Of a stretch of 64,000 nucleotides of DNA, positions 1 to 13,265 are shown piece after piece. The first letter of the stretch is position 1; each line of letters begins with the position of its first letter. Both the position numbers and the translations under genes were made by a program. The DNA is taken from assembly GCA_028534125.1 (NCBI GenBank), contig CM052818.1, positions 13,332,001-13,396,000 on the forward strand, written 5' to 3'. Below the pieces are notes generated by a model that was given only the letters and a program-made list of their open reading frames with translations, had not been told where the DNA came from and did no database searches. Source of the stretch: Lama glama (lineage: Eukaryota).

Positions 1-444
1 GCCAGCATGTTCGCTAATCAGGAAAAAATATTCACACAGATTGGTTTATTTCCACTTGTTTATAAAATTATATTTCTAGAAAAAAATAGCGAATAACTTC
101 TGAAACAGATTTGAGGATCTCTGAAAGTGAAAAGGATGAGCTGTCATTAAATTATACCCATTTGAAACGGAGACATGCCTAAATACTACTTAATGTTTGT
201 CCCGGGGCTTTTCAACATTTTGAGATTTCAAAATGTGGACTTCCACATATGAGAGCTGTCATTGAGAATTATCCAAGTCCAAAAACAGAGACCTCAACAC
301 TGTTCTGGTACTTAGTACCTTAGATTTATCAAGATTACAAAAGTGTCTATTTTATAGCTAGGATGAACGTAGAGAAAATCTGTTCTATCCTTTTCAACCT
401 CCCTTTGGAAATGTAGCAACCTCTGTGGTGGGATTTTTAATAAT

Positions 445-600
445 ACTGATAATAATATTAATCAAGTTTTTGTTGAACCCTTACTATGTGCCAGGTGGTA
501 TGCAAAGCTACTTTTATACTTTATCCCATTCAATCCTCACCAAATTCTATGAGACTATCACAATCACTAACCCCATTTCATAGATGACAAGACTGAAGCT
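445..600 (-). mobile_element. MIR SINE fragment
   Basis: MIR core in reverse: ttactatgtgccagg...aatcctcac...cccatttcatagatgacaagactgaagct. Confidence 0.75.
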
Positions 601-1789
601 ACTAATTACTGAACATTCTATGGACTCCTGTAGATATGAGAGTATAAGAGCAATGAATAAATGCCCCAACACAAAATCTTCAGATTTTGTCCTATCTCAA
701 TGGAATAACAACTGTCACCTCTTACGCCCTCAGAAAAATATCTTCATTAGGAACAGAACTTCATATCCAAGCATTTTCCTACAAAAGTTCAAGTATATCA
801 CCCTGAGATTGATTCAGTATCTTCTTTAGCATTTAGTTCATTTCATTGCTCTTAGACTTTCCAGAATATAAAGATATAAATTAGAGTAATGTTTTAAGGG
901 TCTCCTGTGTGCTGTGAGAAATTATAAGAAAGTATCTTTCATATTCTGCAGATATAAACCCAGAGCAAATATACAAATAGCTGATAAGGGTGTGACTGGG
1001 ATTTAGATCTGGGTCTTCTAATTCCAAAAGGAGGGTAAGAGATTGGACTCAGTTAATTGGCTTGCAACTGTGGGAAAAAAAATATTTCACAACAAAACTA
1101 TATTGAAACAAAGAGCCAAAGGGTGGATAGTTTATTGAAGGGTTTTTGTTATTTATTCAATTCCTGGATCTGGATGGCAACACATAGAATGTTGTCCTGG
1201 TCCCAAGCTTCTTACGACAATTCCAACATGGGTTTCAAATGAGATGTGAATTCTAAAAGTTGGCAGCCCCATAATCTTGCTTTCTGCAACATGCAATGTC
1301 TTCCCCTCATATTTCTATCCAAATCAGCATCAGGAGACATAAAAAAGAGGCCTCAAATTAAAGCAAAGAAAAAGGGGGAATGGGAAATCACACTAACAGG
1401 AACAATCTTGATTCTATCGACTGTTTTTTAATCTGTGGCTGTGCCCAATACTATTATCATGAACTTATAATTCAACCAATGAAGTCAATAATGCTAAATG
1501 ATCTACGTTGTTGACATTTTGCAGCAACTGAATTTAGAATTCTGCTGTTCTAAAGGTAGCAGCAGCAGATACTCAGAAATGTATAGCATGAGTGTATTCA
1601 CTAATGTCTTTTCATTCTGAATCCCCTGAATTGATCTCCCAGTTTCAAAAACTATTCCTGGACCCCAAATACCAGGTGAACCATACAATGTAGATCAATA
1701 AATTTTTCGAGTGCAATAATTGTTTCTCTCTGGGAGATTCCCATTAGTCCCAGAAGGAAGAACACTTTGATTGACCTCGAGGAACACAG

Positions 1790-1904
1790 CAGATGTGGAT
1801 AAGCTGTGTGTGCTGCTGACCTTATCAGAAGAAAGCCAGGCCTTGAAAATCACAGGGGAACACCCTGGGCATGTGCATGTTGGCTGTGGGAAACCAAACA
1901 GCTG
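1790..1904. promoter_or_regulatory. Candidate pancreatic acinar enhancer with a bipartite PTF1 site
   Basis: The minus strand reads CAGCTG-N5-TTTCCCAC (+ strand TGGGAAA 1887-1893, CAGCTG 1899-1904), the canonical E-box plus TC-box arrangement. Also GATAAG at 1798-1803 and 1821-1826 (minus), and NR5A-like TCAAGGCCT (minus, 1838-1846). Confidence 0.45.
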
Positions 1905-2304
1905 GTCAAGTGTGTACTCTCTTTAAAAACCAACCAAGCCAAAAAAGGCAGACTATGAGAGGGGAAAAGAGAAAAAGAAATATGTGCATTAATAATATCT
2001 CTTTATGTTTAAACACATTCCCAGGAAATAATAATATGGATGGAAATAAGAGGAGGTATGCTTTAAGCATCTGGGATTCCTTAAGGCCTTAGTTATTAAA
2101 AAGATTTTCTACGTAAAATCCTGGTGGCCTAGTTGCTTAAGCTCCTTAGGACAGAGAAGTTTACTCTGTTACTTTGAATGCCACATTTTCTGCTCTCTTT
2201 AGGGGCTCTACAGCCAAATAAGATGGCAGGAAGAGGCAGGGAGAATCAGCAAAACTTGATTTCTCATAGATAGTTCTAACCCAAAGGAACAGGTTAAAAT
2301 TAAG

Positions 2305-2390
2305 AGAGAGGGGAAGGGAGGGAGGGACAGTGGGAAGAAGAAACGAAGGAAGGAAGGAAGGAAAGAACGAAGGAAGGAAGGACAGAAGCA
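2305..2390. repeat. Purine-rich (GGAA)n-like low-complexity repeat
   Basis: gaaggaaggaaggaaggaaagaacgaaggaaggaagg seen directly. Confidence 0.85.
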
Positions 2391-2857
2391 GAATCTAGGA
2401 GACATTTAGGAAAGTTTTGACTTTGGAATGAGAGGAGTTTTTAGCTCCAGTAAAATCACTACCCAAAACCAATGAGGCCATATAAGGCACAGGCAATCCC
2501 TTGTCCCCTGACATGAACTGGAACAAGAAATCGAGCACATTGCTAGTACAGAAGTATTACAAGCAGCTGCACCCTGACATCTCTGAGAAAGCAGCATGTG
2601 ATCCTGAGCAAAGCACAATGATGAGAATTCATGAAACAAGTTTTTACAATCTCAGGTTAAAATTATTACAACTGTGCAGCAAAACCCATGCACCACTCAA
2701 CAAGTAGAACAGATGCAGAGACATGAAAATAAGCCCTGCTCCATGTGCCAGGAGAGGACTTAAAAGGAACCCAGAGATGCCTTTTAAGGATCTATAGAAG
2801 ATGTGGCCCAAGGGGAAATTTAAAATTTCAACATCCCTCTTATAAACTCTCAGAAAT

Positions 2858-3073
2858 AGACTGGGATTTCAAAATTGTAGAACAGATAAACAAAATTACA
2901 CTGTATAGCACAGGGAAATATACACAAAATGTTATGATAAATCACAGAGAAAAAAATGTGACAATGAGTGTGTATATGTCCATGTATGACTGAAAAATTG
3001 TACTGAATGCTGGAATTTGACACAACACTGTAAAATGATTATGAATCAATAAAAATGTTAAAAAAAAAAAAAA
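2858..3073 (+). mobile_element. Young, heavily 5'-truncated L1 (3' UTR plus poly(A))
   Basis: Closely similar to the 3' UTRs at 25190-25394 and 58414-58603 (minus). Ends AATAAAAATGTT plus an A-tail. Possible short TSD AGAAAT at 2852-2857 and 3073-3078. Confidence 0.88.
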
Positions 3074-3099
3074 GAAATTGGTTAAAGCCCTGGAATAGT

Positions 3100-3370
3100 T
3101 TTCATTCATTCATGCATGCATTCAGCTAGTATTTAAGGCAGGTCTACTATGTGCCAAGCACTATATTAGGTGCTAGAGTTACAGGGACAAAATAAGACAA
3201 GGACCCTTACCTTCAGGGAGCTCACAGCTCAGCAGGGGAGAAAACCGTGACATTAATGCACTACAATACAGTGTAATGGGTGGACAGTGGTTAAGGAAAA
3301 GATCATGGTGATGGAAATGAAGAGGGGGCAGATAGAAAAGCAAAGGCCAGGAGATGGGAGGGGTGATCCT
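3100..3370 (-). mobile_element. L2 LINE 3' fragment
   Basis: ttcattcattca...ctactatgtgccaagcac...ggagctcacag, the L2 3' end in reverse. Confidence 0.75.
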
Positions 3371-3611
3371 GACACATTGAGGAAGCTTGAAAGTTTTGAA
3401 GTCTATTAAACTTTGATTTTGAATACCTCTAAGTAAATCATGCACATTTCCTCAGCAAGCACAGAATGTACCACTCCCTGTTGCCTTATACTGGGCCAGA
3501 TTAACGTAAATGTGTTATCTGGCTGGCCTCTGGCACTCCTGGCTTTTGTGTGTGATTCCTGAGCTAGGTCAAGGCCATAGACATACTACCTAGTCCTACA
3601 GGTCAACTGCA

Positions 3612-3780
3612 AATGTGTGAGGGGTTTTTGGTTGTCACATAACTGGCAGGTGCTACTGGAAGTTGTGACCCAGGACTGGAAGATGTGCTCCACATCTTGC
3701 AATGACTGGAGGAGTTGCTTACAAGGAAACTTTGCCTATCCCAGATGCCCACAGCACCTCCTTTGAGAGACTCTAGGCCA
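3612..3780. mobile_element. hAT-Charlie MITE (MER20/MER3-like)
   Basis: tttttggttgtcacataactgg...gtgctactgg...catcttgcaatg...cccagatgcc...tttgagagactct. Confidence 0.55.
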
Positions 3781-4937
3781 GATCATGTCATGCTGTAACA
3801 TTTGCACTTTAACCCTAATACTTATTGTCTGGCTCTACTTGAATTATTAACTTTTTAAAATAACTAAAAACAAGAGAACACACACACAAAGAAAAGAATT
3901 CTACAGAGAGTCTTTACATTGATGCTGAGAAAGAGACAACATGTTTGGCTACATTTGAAAGAAAGGCAATATTTTCTTCCCTGAAATAGTAGCAGTATCT
4001 GGCTTCATAATAAAGAGTCTTTGTAAAACCAAGATGTTCTTTCCCCCTGCGATTTCCTATCATCTCCTCATTAGAGAAACCAGAAGGAAAGCTATCCAAA
4101 ACCACTTTAAAGGATTTAGCTTTTACATGTGAAGTTTCTAGCATCACCCTCATTTTGATGGTAGTAAGTGTTGTAGTGGGGATGAGGGTTACCTATTGGA
4201 CAAATCAGGAAACAGAACAGTGTAATGGAAACATTTCTGGTTGGCCCTGTGGGGCACAGACCATACTGGGGGTGGCTCAGAGCCACTAAAGTTGACATTC
4301 ACCATTTCTATAGTCTCTCTCCCAGTGTAAAATCCAGGAAAGGAAATTATAATTGTAATACTCTAGGCAGCTTCAGAGAGTGTGTAGAAAAGGACAAATG
4401 ATGTGTATCCTGGGATTCGAAGGCAAGTCGCAGATATTTTATATAGACTTCCTGACCCCACAGAAAGTGATGAGGAAAAGTCTGCTCCCCCAGGGATGAT
4501 CCTGGGAAGTGACTGCTGAGGAGCACAGCCTTGGTAAAATGCATAAAGATGGACAAGAATTCTGTGATTGAACCATTATTTCATTTTTTCAGCAGGCCAA
4601 ATAGGTGGGAAAAAGAGACAGAAATGCATCTTCACATAACTGTGATCATTAAAGAGCTGCTGTAAGGGGGCATTCTTAAGTTCGAAGGGTGGAAGTTTCC
4701 TATTAGGTTTTCTGACCAAAGCACAAAACCAGGATTGCTATGTATCATCCCCCACTTCCCTTACTGCCAACCTGCCTGAAAACTAGCCCCTTCTTAACGC
4801 CCCACTCTGTTACTCCCACTCTCGTCAGGCTGCTTCTGCAGCTGGGAGGATTCTCATACCACATTCACTAGGGAATCCACTTGCAGCGCAATAGACTCTT
4901 TCATTCTCACTGTCCCATTGCCTTTTGTCAAATGCCC

Positions 4938-5700
4938 TCATTCATGCAGGATTTACTGAGATACCACTAGATGCAGGCATTATTCTAGACCTGGGTGAAA
5001 ACAGCAATAGATAAGAGAGGCAAGAGCCTAACTCTTGTGGAACTTAGAGTCTAATGGAGTCGGGGGTGGGGGGATAAAGAACAGGATCTAACCAACTAGC
5101 AAAAAGATCTATAAAGAAAGTCAAACAGGGTACTAGGTGGGTACTAGGGTCAGACCACCTGGCTCTGCCTCTAATTAGCCAGGTGGCCTTAGAGGAGCTG
5201 TGTCATCTCCTTGTGCCTCAATTTCCTTGACTGTGAAGTGGAAATAATAATACAACATGCCTCACATGTTTTCTTGAGGGTTAACGAATTAATAAGTGCT
5301 CTTTCTAAGTGTGTAGAACAGTGCCTGGCATTAATTGAGAGCTCAGTAAGTGTTAGCTGCTGATTCATCACTTACATTACTATTCTCATTATTACTTACA
5401 GTGGGTGGTGAAGAAAGGCCTGCCTGAGGAGGTGGCATTTGAGGTGAAACTTAAATGATGAATAGAAACCGGCTGAGGAAAGATATGAGGGAAGACCATT
5501 CCACGCCAAAGGAAAAGCAAGATGGGAAAGAGGTTGAGAGGTTCCCAGGAAAAGGAGAAAGGGCCGTGTGATGGGGGCATGGTGGATGATGGGGAGAATG
5601 CAGAGAAATGAAGTCAAACTAGTAAGCAGGGCCAGATCAAGTGGGGCCTTGTAAGATGTAGAATGCCTCTCTGTTTTGTCAGTAACTGGAAAGTTTACCC
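4938..5700 (-). mobile_element. L2 fragment interrupted by a + strand MIR (about 5145-5395)
   Basis: L2 motifs (tcattcatg...ggaacttagagtctaatgg; gaaaggcctgcctgaggaggtggcatttgag) flank a MIR core (ctgtgcctcaatttccttgactgtgaagtgg...aacagtgcctggca). Confidence 0.7.
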
Positions 5701-7519
5701 ATCCACACGGACTGTAGCAGACTGTTGTCCCCACAAAGGTAACCTACGCCATAACATAATCACTAGCATTCAAATAGAGCTTTGCGTCTTACTGACAATC
5801 ACAAAACACTAGGTGGGTAGCCAAAGGCCTTTGATGTGGTCCTTACTGGTTAAGTAACAGAAGACCAGTGACTTAACTTCTCTATATTTGTTTCACAATC
5901 TGCAAAGTAAAATGGGTTGAATTAGATGATCTCTAAGGTCCTTTCTAATCTGTGATTTTATATCTCCATTCTTGAATTCCCACTACATATGAAAACAGAT
6001 CTAGGCCAGTAGAGCTACTACATACTTTATAGAAAGCTTTATCCTCTTTTTATATATCCTATGAATGAGAGTGTTAATTAGAAAATAGTAATCTTCTCAA
6101 GTTATACTGCACATCAAAGTGAAAACAGCAGCCAAAATTTGCCTGCTCTAAAACTCTGATTTTACAAGAAAATCTTATCTTCTGGTAAACAAGTGAGCCA
6201 AACCAACCCGGAGCCTTCTCACTCCTTTCTGTGTGGGATTAATAGCAAACACCTCATCATAAACATTTTGGAAAGGTCAGAGATGGCAACAATTTTGCTA
6301 AAGAGATAAACAGTCAAATAAAACACTGCTTTGGTAATTTCAGGGCTTCAAAAAACTGCATTAGTCTGATCAATAATGAGGCACACAAAAGGGATTGTGG
6401 GATAAAGGGCGGGTCCAGTTTGAGGTATTAAAAACTTGCCTAAATCACTTTTTCCCCCCAACACGTCTTGTGTTGCAGCTAATACTAGAAATTCAATGGT
6501 CGACTCATACTTACAGTGTTAGAAAAATAAGATTCTGACTATGAAGCAAAAATTGTTTTAGGTTGGAGAAGTAGATAATAGTAAGAATAAGGAGTTTTGC
6601 AAAAGCCAAGGTAAGAATATTTTTCCTCTGTAATAAATCAACTGTTGAGCTTAAATTTTGAATGTTATTTTAAATTGTATTTGTTATTATTTGCTTTTAC
6701 CCTTATCCTAGCACAAACTACAAGAGTTCAAAGGCAGCTAACTTATTCCTAAAATGTATGTGTTTATATTTTAACTGTGCCTTAAAAATAGCATGTTTTG
6801 TTCCTATGTTCCTATCTATTTAAGAGTAAATTTAATTTTTGTGCCCATTGAAGAGATAGATTTCTTTTCTAAAATTTTAATTGTAAATTTTAATTTTTTA
6901 ATGAAGGCATTTCCAGTGCTTATGGCAGATTTTATATTCCTGGTCAAAGTATTTTATCACTCAAACTGCATTTTACATTATCTACCATCTGCTCATATTA
7001 AGAAAGCTCTATTGTCTGTTAATGTCTACCAAACAATTAAGAAAATCTAAGTGAAACCAGAATAAACTCAAATAAATAAGTGGGTCAAAAAAATTGAGAC
7101 CATGTCCACTTTAGAAGGGCCGCCTTTGTGAGAACTCGTTTCTGCCTAAAAGATTTAATTTATCTTTTTTAATGCCTTCAAAGTTAATAATGGATGCCAT
7201 GTCTTATAGCTTCAGTGATGCAGCAACGTGTCAATAACAGAGAGTTTAGAAATCAATTCATAATTTTTAATTGGACATTGGATGTTTAATTTTAAGTCAT
7301 TAGACTCTCCAATAACAAAACCCTAGAAAGAGAGAGTTAATCCATACAGAAATGGGTAACTGTCCCTTATCTCTTTAATGAACAACTCAGAGTTTCTGTT
7401 CTACCTCAAAAACAGGTGGCACTTTTCACTTTGAGGCTTTTTTGGGCGAGCTGAGGATAAGGTATGTGGAGTGGAAGGAAGTAAAGTGAAAAACAAAAGA
7501 AGAGGCCCTATGTACAACA

Positions 7520-7655
7520 TATACAATTACTTATATAGTTAGATACATAAGTATATAAACTTATATATGTATATTTATGAAATATTTATATATAATGTAT
7601 TTATATATTTAACTTATCTTTTTACATATTTATGTATATTTTGTTATACATATGT
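7520..7655. repeat. AT-rich (TA)-like low-complexity tract
   Basis: Degenerate tatatatgtatattt repeats seen directly. Confidence 0.7.
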
Positions 7656-7869
7656 GTACTTGACAAATACCTTTCTCCCAGCACCCAAATGATTCCAATA
7701 TACTCTGGGCAAACAGGAAGGAATGCAGCTTTCCCTTCTTTCCTTATTCAGAAGGGAGGTAGAGTGGCTAAAGGATTTCTCTGTGTCTCAGTTTTGCACT
7801 TACTGGTAAGGCTGCCCCACTGCTCACATATTTGCATATTGATATTCCATTATCCATTGGATGTCCACA

Positions 7870-8020
7870 CTTGAAGGGATCTTAGTGATTATCTAGTGCA
7901 CCTTATTCACTTCACAGTTGGGGAACCAGAGGCTCAGGGACACTACAAGACCTGTCCAAGGTCACACAGCCAGTTAGAGACAGTCAGTCATCCTCCTGAC
8001 TCTCATACCAGCAATCAGTC
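7870..8020 (-). mobile_element. MIR SINE fragment
   Basis: cacagttggggaaccagaggctcag...ccaaggtcacacagccagttag. Confidence 0.75.
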
Positions 8021-11000
8021 CACTCCACCAAGCTCCTCTGGTCTCCTCTGCCCAAGAACACACCTTCTGACACTCAAAATGGAGAAATTAATGAGTCTGC
8101 AAGTTAAAGATTCATTTTAAACAAATTGGTTCATTATTATTTAATTGAGGAGGCTTCAGAGCAATAAAAGGCTTACTTACCAAAACTAGATGAGCAGCTC
8201 ATGAAACATTGAGCTCAAGAAATGCAAAAACTGTCACAAGTCAATAGGGGCTGCTTTTCTCTTTGATAAATGTCACCCAATAGCTTCAGAAGTATCAGAA
8301 ACTAATGGTGTCTCAGCACTCCGTAGGCATACATTAATGGGATCAGGAGCATAAAATATAAACTATAATGTACATATTGATTGTTCCGGACATTTGAGGC
8401 CCAACAAACATTTGAAAGGTCAGTCATTTTACTTGCATCAAATTACAGATAAGTCATTTGCTTGATGCTGGAAACTTGGCTCTCCATGTAAATTTAGTTC
8501 ATGACCTATAAACTTACTCATGCTATACCTCTTTTAGCTTCCTTAGGTTGTCTAGCATGAAAAATATTTCATAAGTGTCTAACCCCATAAAGCACATATA
8601 AATAAATGACAATATACATATATCCAGGAAGGATAATGTGTCAGAGAAATCTATTCTGTAGGCTGAATAAATGTTATGAAGCAGCATTTTACTCTGACAG
8701 AACATATTCAAAGGTTTCAGTAAGCTCAATTATATGAGCTTACAAATGAATATGTATGTTTTCAGGATGTTTCGAGAATATACAAATTTAGGAAGTACAA
8801 TGTCATAATTACTTTTACTTTTACCTAAAAATTAAAATTTGGTTTGATCAGTTCATACTAGAGTTTAGGTAGGCTTTTTTTTTTTTAAAATAAAGGACTT
8901 ATTCCAAAACAGAATTTAAAAATTTGAAGGTTGTGTGGATGTCCACGTAGAAGCCATGTCCCTTTACTGGCAATTTCACACCCTCCAGAGTTGAGCTTTT
9001 ACCTGCAGTTTCTCTGGTGCTCCTATGTCTGGATAAACGGGATAGTAGAAAAAGACAGTTCACAATCCCACAGCCCCAGTTCCTCCCCTGAAGTAATAGG
9101 TCCCTCTTTGGAATCAGTATCCCACTACTGACTTTTAAAAAGGGGAAGAAGGACTCTGAAAGGTTGAAAAAATTTGAAATTTATGCCCCTTTATGAGCAT
9201 CAGCAAGACTTGGAAGTTTTTCACCTTCCCTTTAACAAAGGTTCCAATTATCCTAAGCTTGGAGAATACCTTCATTCTCTGTTAAGGAAGGTTGTCAGGG
9301 TAAGAACCAAGCTTTCAGCGATGTTTGCCACCAACTAAAGGAATGAGGGGGGCCAGAAGCCAGACATTGTCCTCTGTAAGAGGCCTTGCAAAAATTACTG
9401 GAATTTCCTCTGGCAGAATACATTCCTCTATCTGGAGAAGAATGAAAATATACCTGCCTTTAGGCTGACAGTTTAACCCTAATTATTTTCATGTATTTCC
9501 TTTGAGTAAGGTGACCAGATTTCCTTTTTCAGAATTTTGCATTATATGAATCTTTTATACTGATTTGTCCATAATTCTACAACAGCTAAAACCAGCCATT
9601 TTGAAAATCAGATTTCCTTACTCATGAATCATACCAGTTTTAAAAACACTTTTTAAACTCAAATGATGTTCATTAGGCAATTGATAACCACTGTAAAATC
9701 ATATTTTTAATTTACATTAAAAGACCATAATTCTAGTGATACGGCAGAATTAAAAAATCTAAAGGAAAATAATGATAATTTACTTGGTAGCCAAATGACC
9801 TGATTTTAATGTTAAATGCCTCATTTTACAGTTTCCTAATAAAATAATTATTTACAGAAGAGATTATTTTACTTTAAAATATGTATAAAACTTTAAATGA
9901 ACAAAAGGAATTAATAAATATCAGTTAAACCAAAACCCAATTATTTATTTGGTCAAAAAGGAAAGAACATTTCAAAGACAGACCTTTTGCTTCGTGCTTT
10001 AAGCAGATTCACTATGAATACAGTTCATAAACGTAAATTGTATTCCATTAAATAAAATAAATAAGCTTGCATTATTGTTTTCCTGCTATTTAGATTTTAA
10101 AAGTTTCCAAAAATCTAAGTAGCTCTAACATCTTTTGTCACAATCAAAACTCAATTAAGTCGATCATATTAATATTTTGAGTGAAGAAAATTCATGGCCC
10201 TTAATAGTGACTACATTTTTGATAAATAAGTTATATTCTAAAATCTAGGCTGTAACTTCATTTTGTTCTGAAGCCATTAGAAGGAGGATGTTTATGCAAA
10301 AGAAAACAGCTTTTAAGTGTAAACACTATCTTTTAGCATACCAAAAGTGTATTATTTTTACCAAGTTAACTTTTAATTACATGAGATCTGCTGGTTAAGC
10401 ATCCTCTGGAAAGTACTTCTCTGTATTCCAAAAATGATTTTCTGCACTTTAAATTTTAAACTGAGACTTTGATGATCAGTGAATGAGAAGAAAAACTTTT
10501 GAGACAGAAGAACCCTGCTTTCCCACTACTTACAATAAGATACATACAAAGAAAAAAGTTGAAAGTCTTGTCTTTACTGTATCAAAAACTGTTCACACAT
10601 TCTAAAATGCAGGCTTATAATGGCACTTAAGGACAGAGCCACTTGCACTATCAAGTTAAAGTTAGTGCATAAGGAGGTCTTCAGAGCAAAATAAAAAGTA
10701 AAAGTACATTTGTCATATTCTCTCTTGAAATGTTTCCTTGAAAGACGTACTAATCTTTCAAAGTTCAGGTCGAATGCACAGACTACTTTTCCTCTCTTCC
10801 CAATCTAGAAATCTTTCTTCTTGAAAACGTAGCATGCAACTCTCTGGGCAGTGACCCCACAGGGCCCGATGGCTGTGTACTTCCAAGTACTACTCATGAC
10901 ATTTCAGTTTCAGAAAAACGAAACTGGGCTATCCATATATCACCTGAGTTTCAAAGGACCGTTCCCTGCCACAGTACTCACTAAACTTAAAGATTTCCTT

Positions 11001-11814
11001 TTGACATGAGGCTCGTGGTGATGTGAAAAGGGAAATGAGAGTCCCTACTGGGACTGTGAACATCCTCACATTTGTGAGACCAACTGCCACACTCCAGGCT
11101 TTTCTTGTTCCCTGACAAGGCTTGTCCCAGCCCTCTCCTGGGATGCTTTTGACAGTGACTGCAAACAACAGAAGCCAGCAGGAGTGTGTAAGAACAGGTG
11201 CTGGAGCCTCCCGGGGCAGCCTGCGGGCAGAGAAAGGGCCTCCTCAGAGTGCTGCCGGGACATCTCACTTCGGAGATGCCCTCTTGCCCTCAGTCATTGC
11301 AGGATCTTGCTTTTCATGCAGCAGATGTTTGGAAAGATTTGTAACAGTGCATTATGGCTTCTAAGTCGCTGCTGGCAGATTTTCTTGGTTAGCTTTTAAG
11401 GGGACCTTGGTGGAATCTCTGACAATATAAAACAAGGATGGAAAAGGTCATTCTTGCATTTATGGTCAGATAAAGGAAATGATAAGAATGAAAGGTTAGG
11501 ACTTTCCCTATTAATTATTCCATTATTCCAAGTCATTGCCTCCTACTTCCTCCTACATGTCAGGAAAAGGGACATTTCTAGGCTTAGGGCATCTGCAGCA
11601 TTCAAGAAGAAAGAGAGCAGATAACACATCCTCCACAAACAGGTGGGGAATATTCACACACTGTAGTATATTGGTCCTCACTTCAGGAGCATCTGGCTAA
11701 CTATGATTAATCCTTATCCTTTTCACTTATTAAAACTGCTCCATAGGCAGGGTGCCCTGCACAGTGGGGATAGTCACCTGTGCAAGTGAATGACCAACCA
11801 GAGTGGCTGCTATG

Positions 11815-11992
11815 GCCTCCTTCTCAAAGTGTAGGCCCTCTGGTCCATGGCCCAAGCAGCAGAAGCAGAATTTGGCATCACCTGTGAGCTTGTAAGAAAT
11901 GTAAAACCCCAGGCCTAGCCCAGACCTATTAAAACAGAATTTAACTGCCTTCCCAGATGATTCACACACAGACTCAAGTCTGAGATGCACTA
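11815..11992. mobile_element. MER5A-like hAT-Charlie MITE
   Basis: ttctcaaagtgt...ggcatcacctgtgagcttgtaagaaatgtaaa...cagatgattc...aagtctgagatgcact. Confidence 0.75.
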
Positions 11993-12499
11993 TACTACAG
12001 CTTCTTAGAGCAGATTAGTGCTCAGGATTCACAAAGAATGATGCTACCCTAGACCAGGGACGTCATTTAATGCTGCTCCAAAAGCACACTCCAGAAGAAC
12101 TGTGCATTATCTAAGCCTCAAATTCCCCAGGAAACATAAGCAAGAACCAATAGATCTATGTTATAGTTGAGAAGACCAAAGTCAAACTAGATGATTGATG
12201 GTAGCAGAACTCTGAAATCCTAGACTTCTGCTCTTTGTGCTACCTCAGCTGGTCCCTAAGGAATAACCGGCTCTTTCAGATTGGGCCTTGAGAACTTTTT
12301 CCCATTGGCATCATTAGCATAGTAGAAAGGAGAATTCAAATCTTGGTTCTGCCATTACTCACCCAGATGCCCTTGACCAAATAACTTCTTTTAAAAAGTA
12401 GATTGGAAACTCAATAAAACAAAGGGTATTTCTAAAATAATGTTAATAAAATGAAATTTTTAAAGTGGGGCCATGATTTAGCAACAAGTAGCAAATATT

Positions 12500-12920
12500 A
12501 CAAAAATATTCAATTTCTAATTTCTGAAAATGTATCCTAAGAAAATACTCCCAAAGAATAAAATGTTATATGTACCAAAATGGTCACTAGAGTATTATTT
12601 ATGATAGAGAAAAAATAAAAGCAACCAAAATACATTCTGATCAGGATATGGCTAATTAAATTATGGGACATTTATTCATTTAAAATGATATTCACCAAGA
12701 CTTGGCAGCAATAGGAAAAATTCTGGTATAATGTCAAGAGGGAAAGCAGGTTATAAAATTGTGGTACACTATGATTTCAACTATATACAGATAAGTACAC
12801 ATCTAGAAAAAAAAGATAATATGAGACTTGTCATATTCTGTTCAGATATACAGTATATAGGTGATAATTTTCCAAACTTTTAGTAGCTATTAAATTGCTT
12901 TTATTATTTCTTTAAAAGAA
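12500..12920 (+). mobile_element. Ancient L1ME-type fragment
   Basis: Degenerate L1 ORF2-end and 3' UTR wording (tatcctaagaaaatactc...aagcaaccaaaatacatt...aaagcaggttataaaat). Confidence 0.6.
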
Positions 12921-13019
12921 AATAAGGATCATGAAAAGGAAATGAAAACAAATATAGTAACTATGAGTTCTCATATAGTTACTATAAATTATCATTAAAT
13001 CCGACTCTGAATTCCATGG

Positions 13020-13265
13020 ATAATAATAATGACAAAAATGAACAATTACAGAGCACTGACTCTGTGCCTGGCCCTGTGCTAAAAGCCTCATCCATATCGC
13101 TCATGAAATCCTCTGAGGTCAATAATATTATCATCCCCCATTTCACAGATGAGGAAAACCAGAATACACAGCACTCAGCCTCTTTGAACCGCAGCTTCCT
13201 TTTCTGTGAAATAGAGAGAATAATGATAATATTCACCTTGCAACTTTCTTCTAAGGATTAAGCAA
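13020..13265. mobile_element. Two adjacent MIR fragments in opposite orientation
   Basis: Minus MIR core to about 13165 (cccatttcacagatgaggaaaac), then a plus core (ctctttgaaccgcagcttccttttctgtgaaatag). Confidence 0.65.

Noticed and set aside
10929..11399. Cluster of overlapping 65-93 aa ORFs on both strands
   Set aside because: Expected from locally higher GC; none resembles a known protein.
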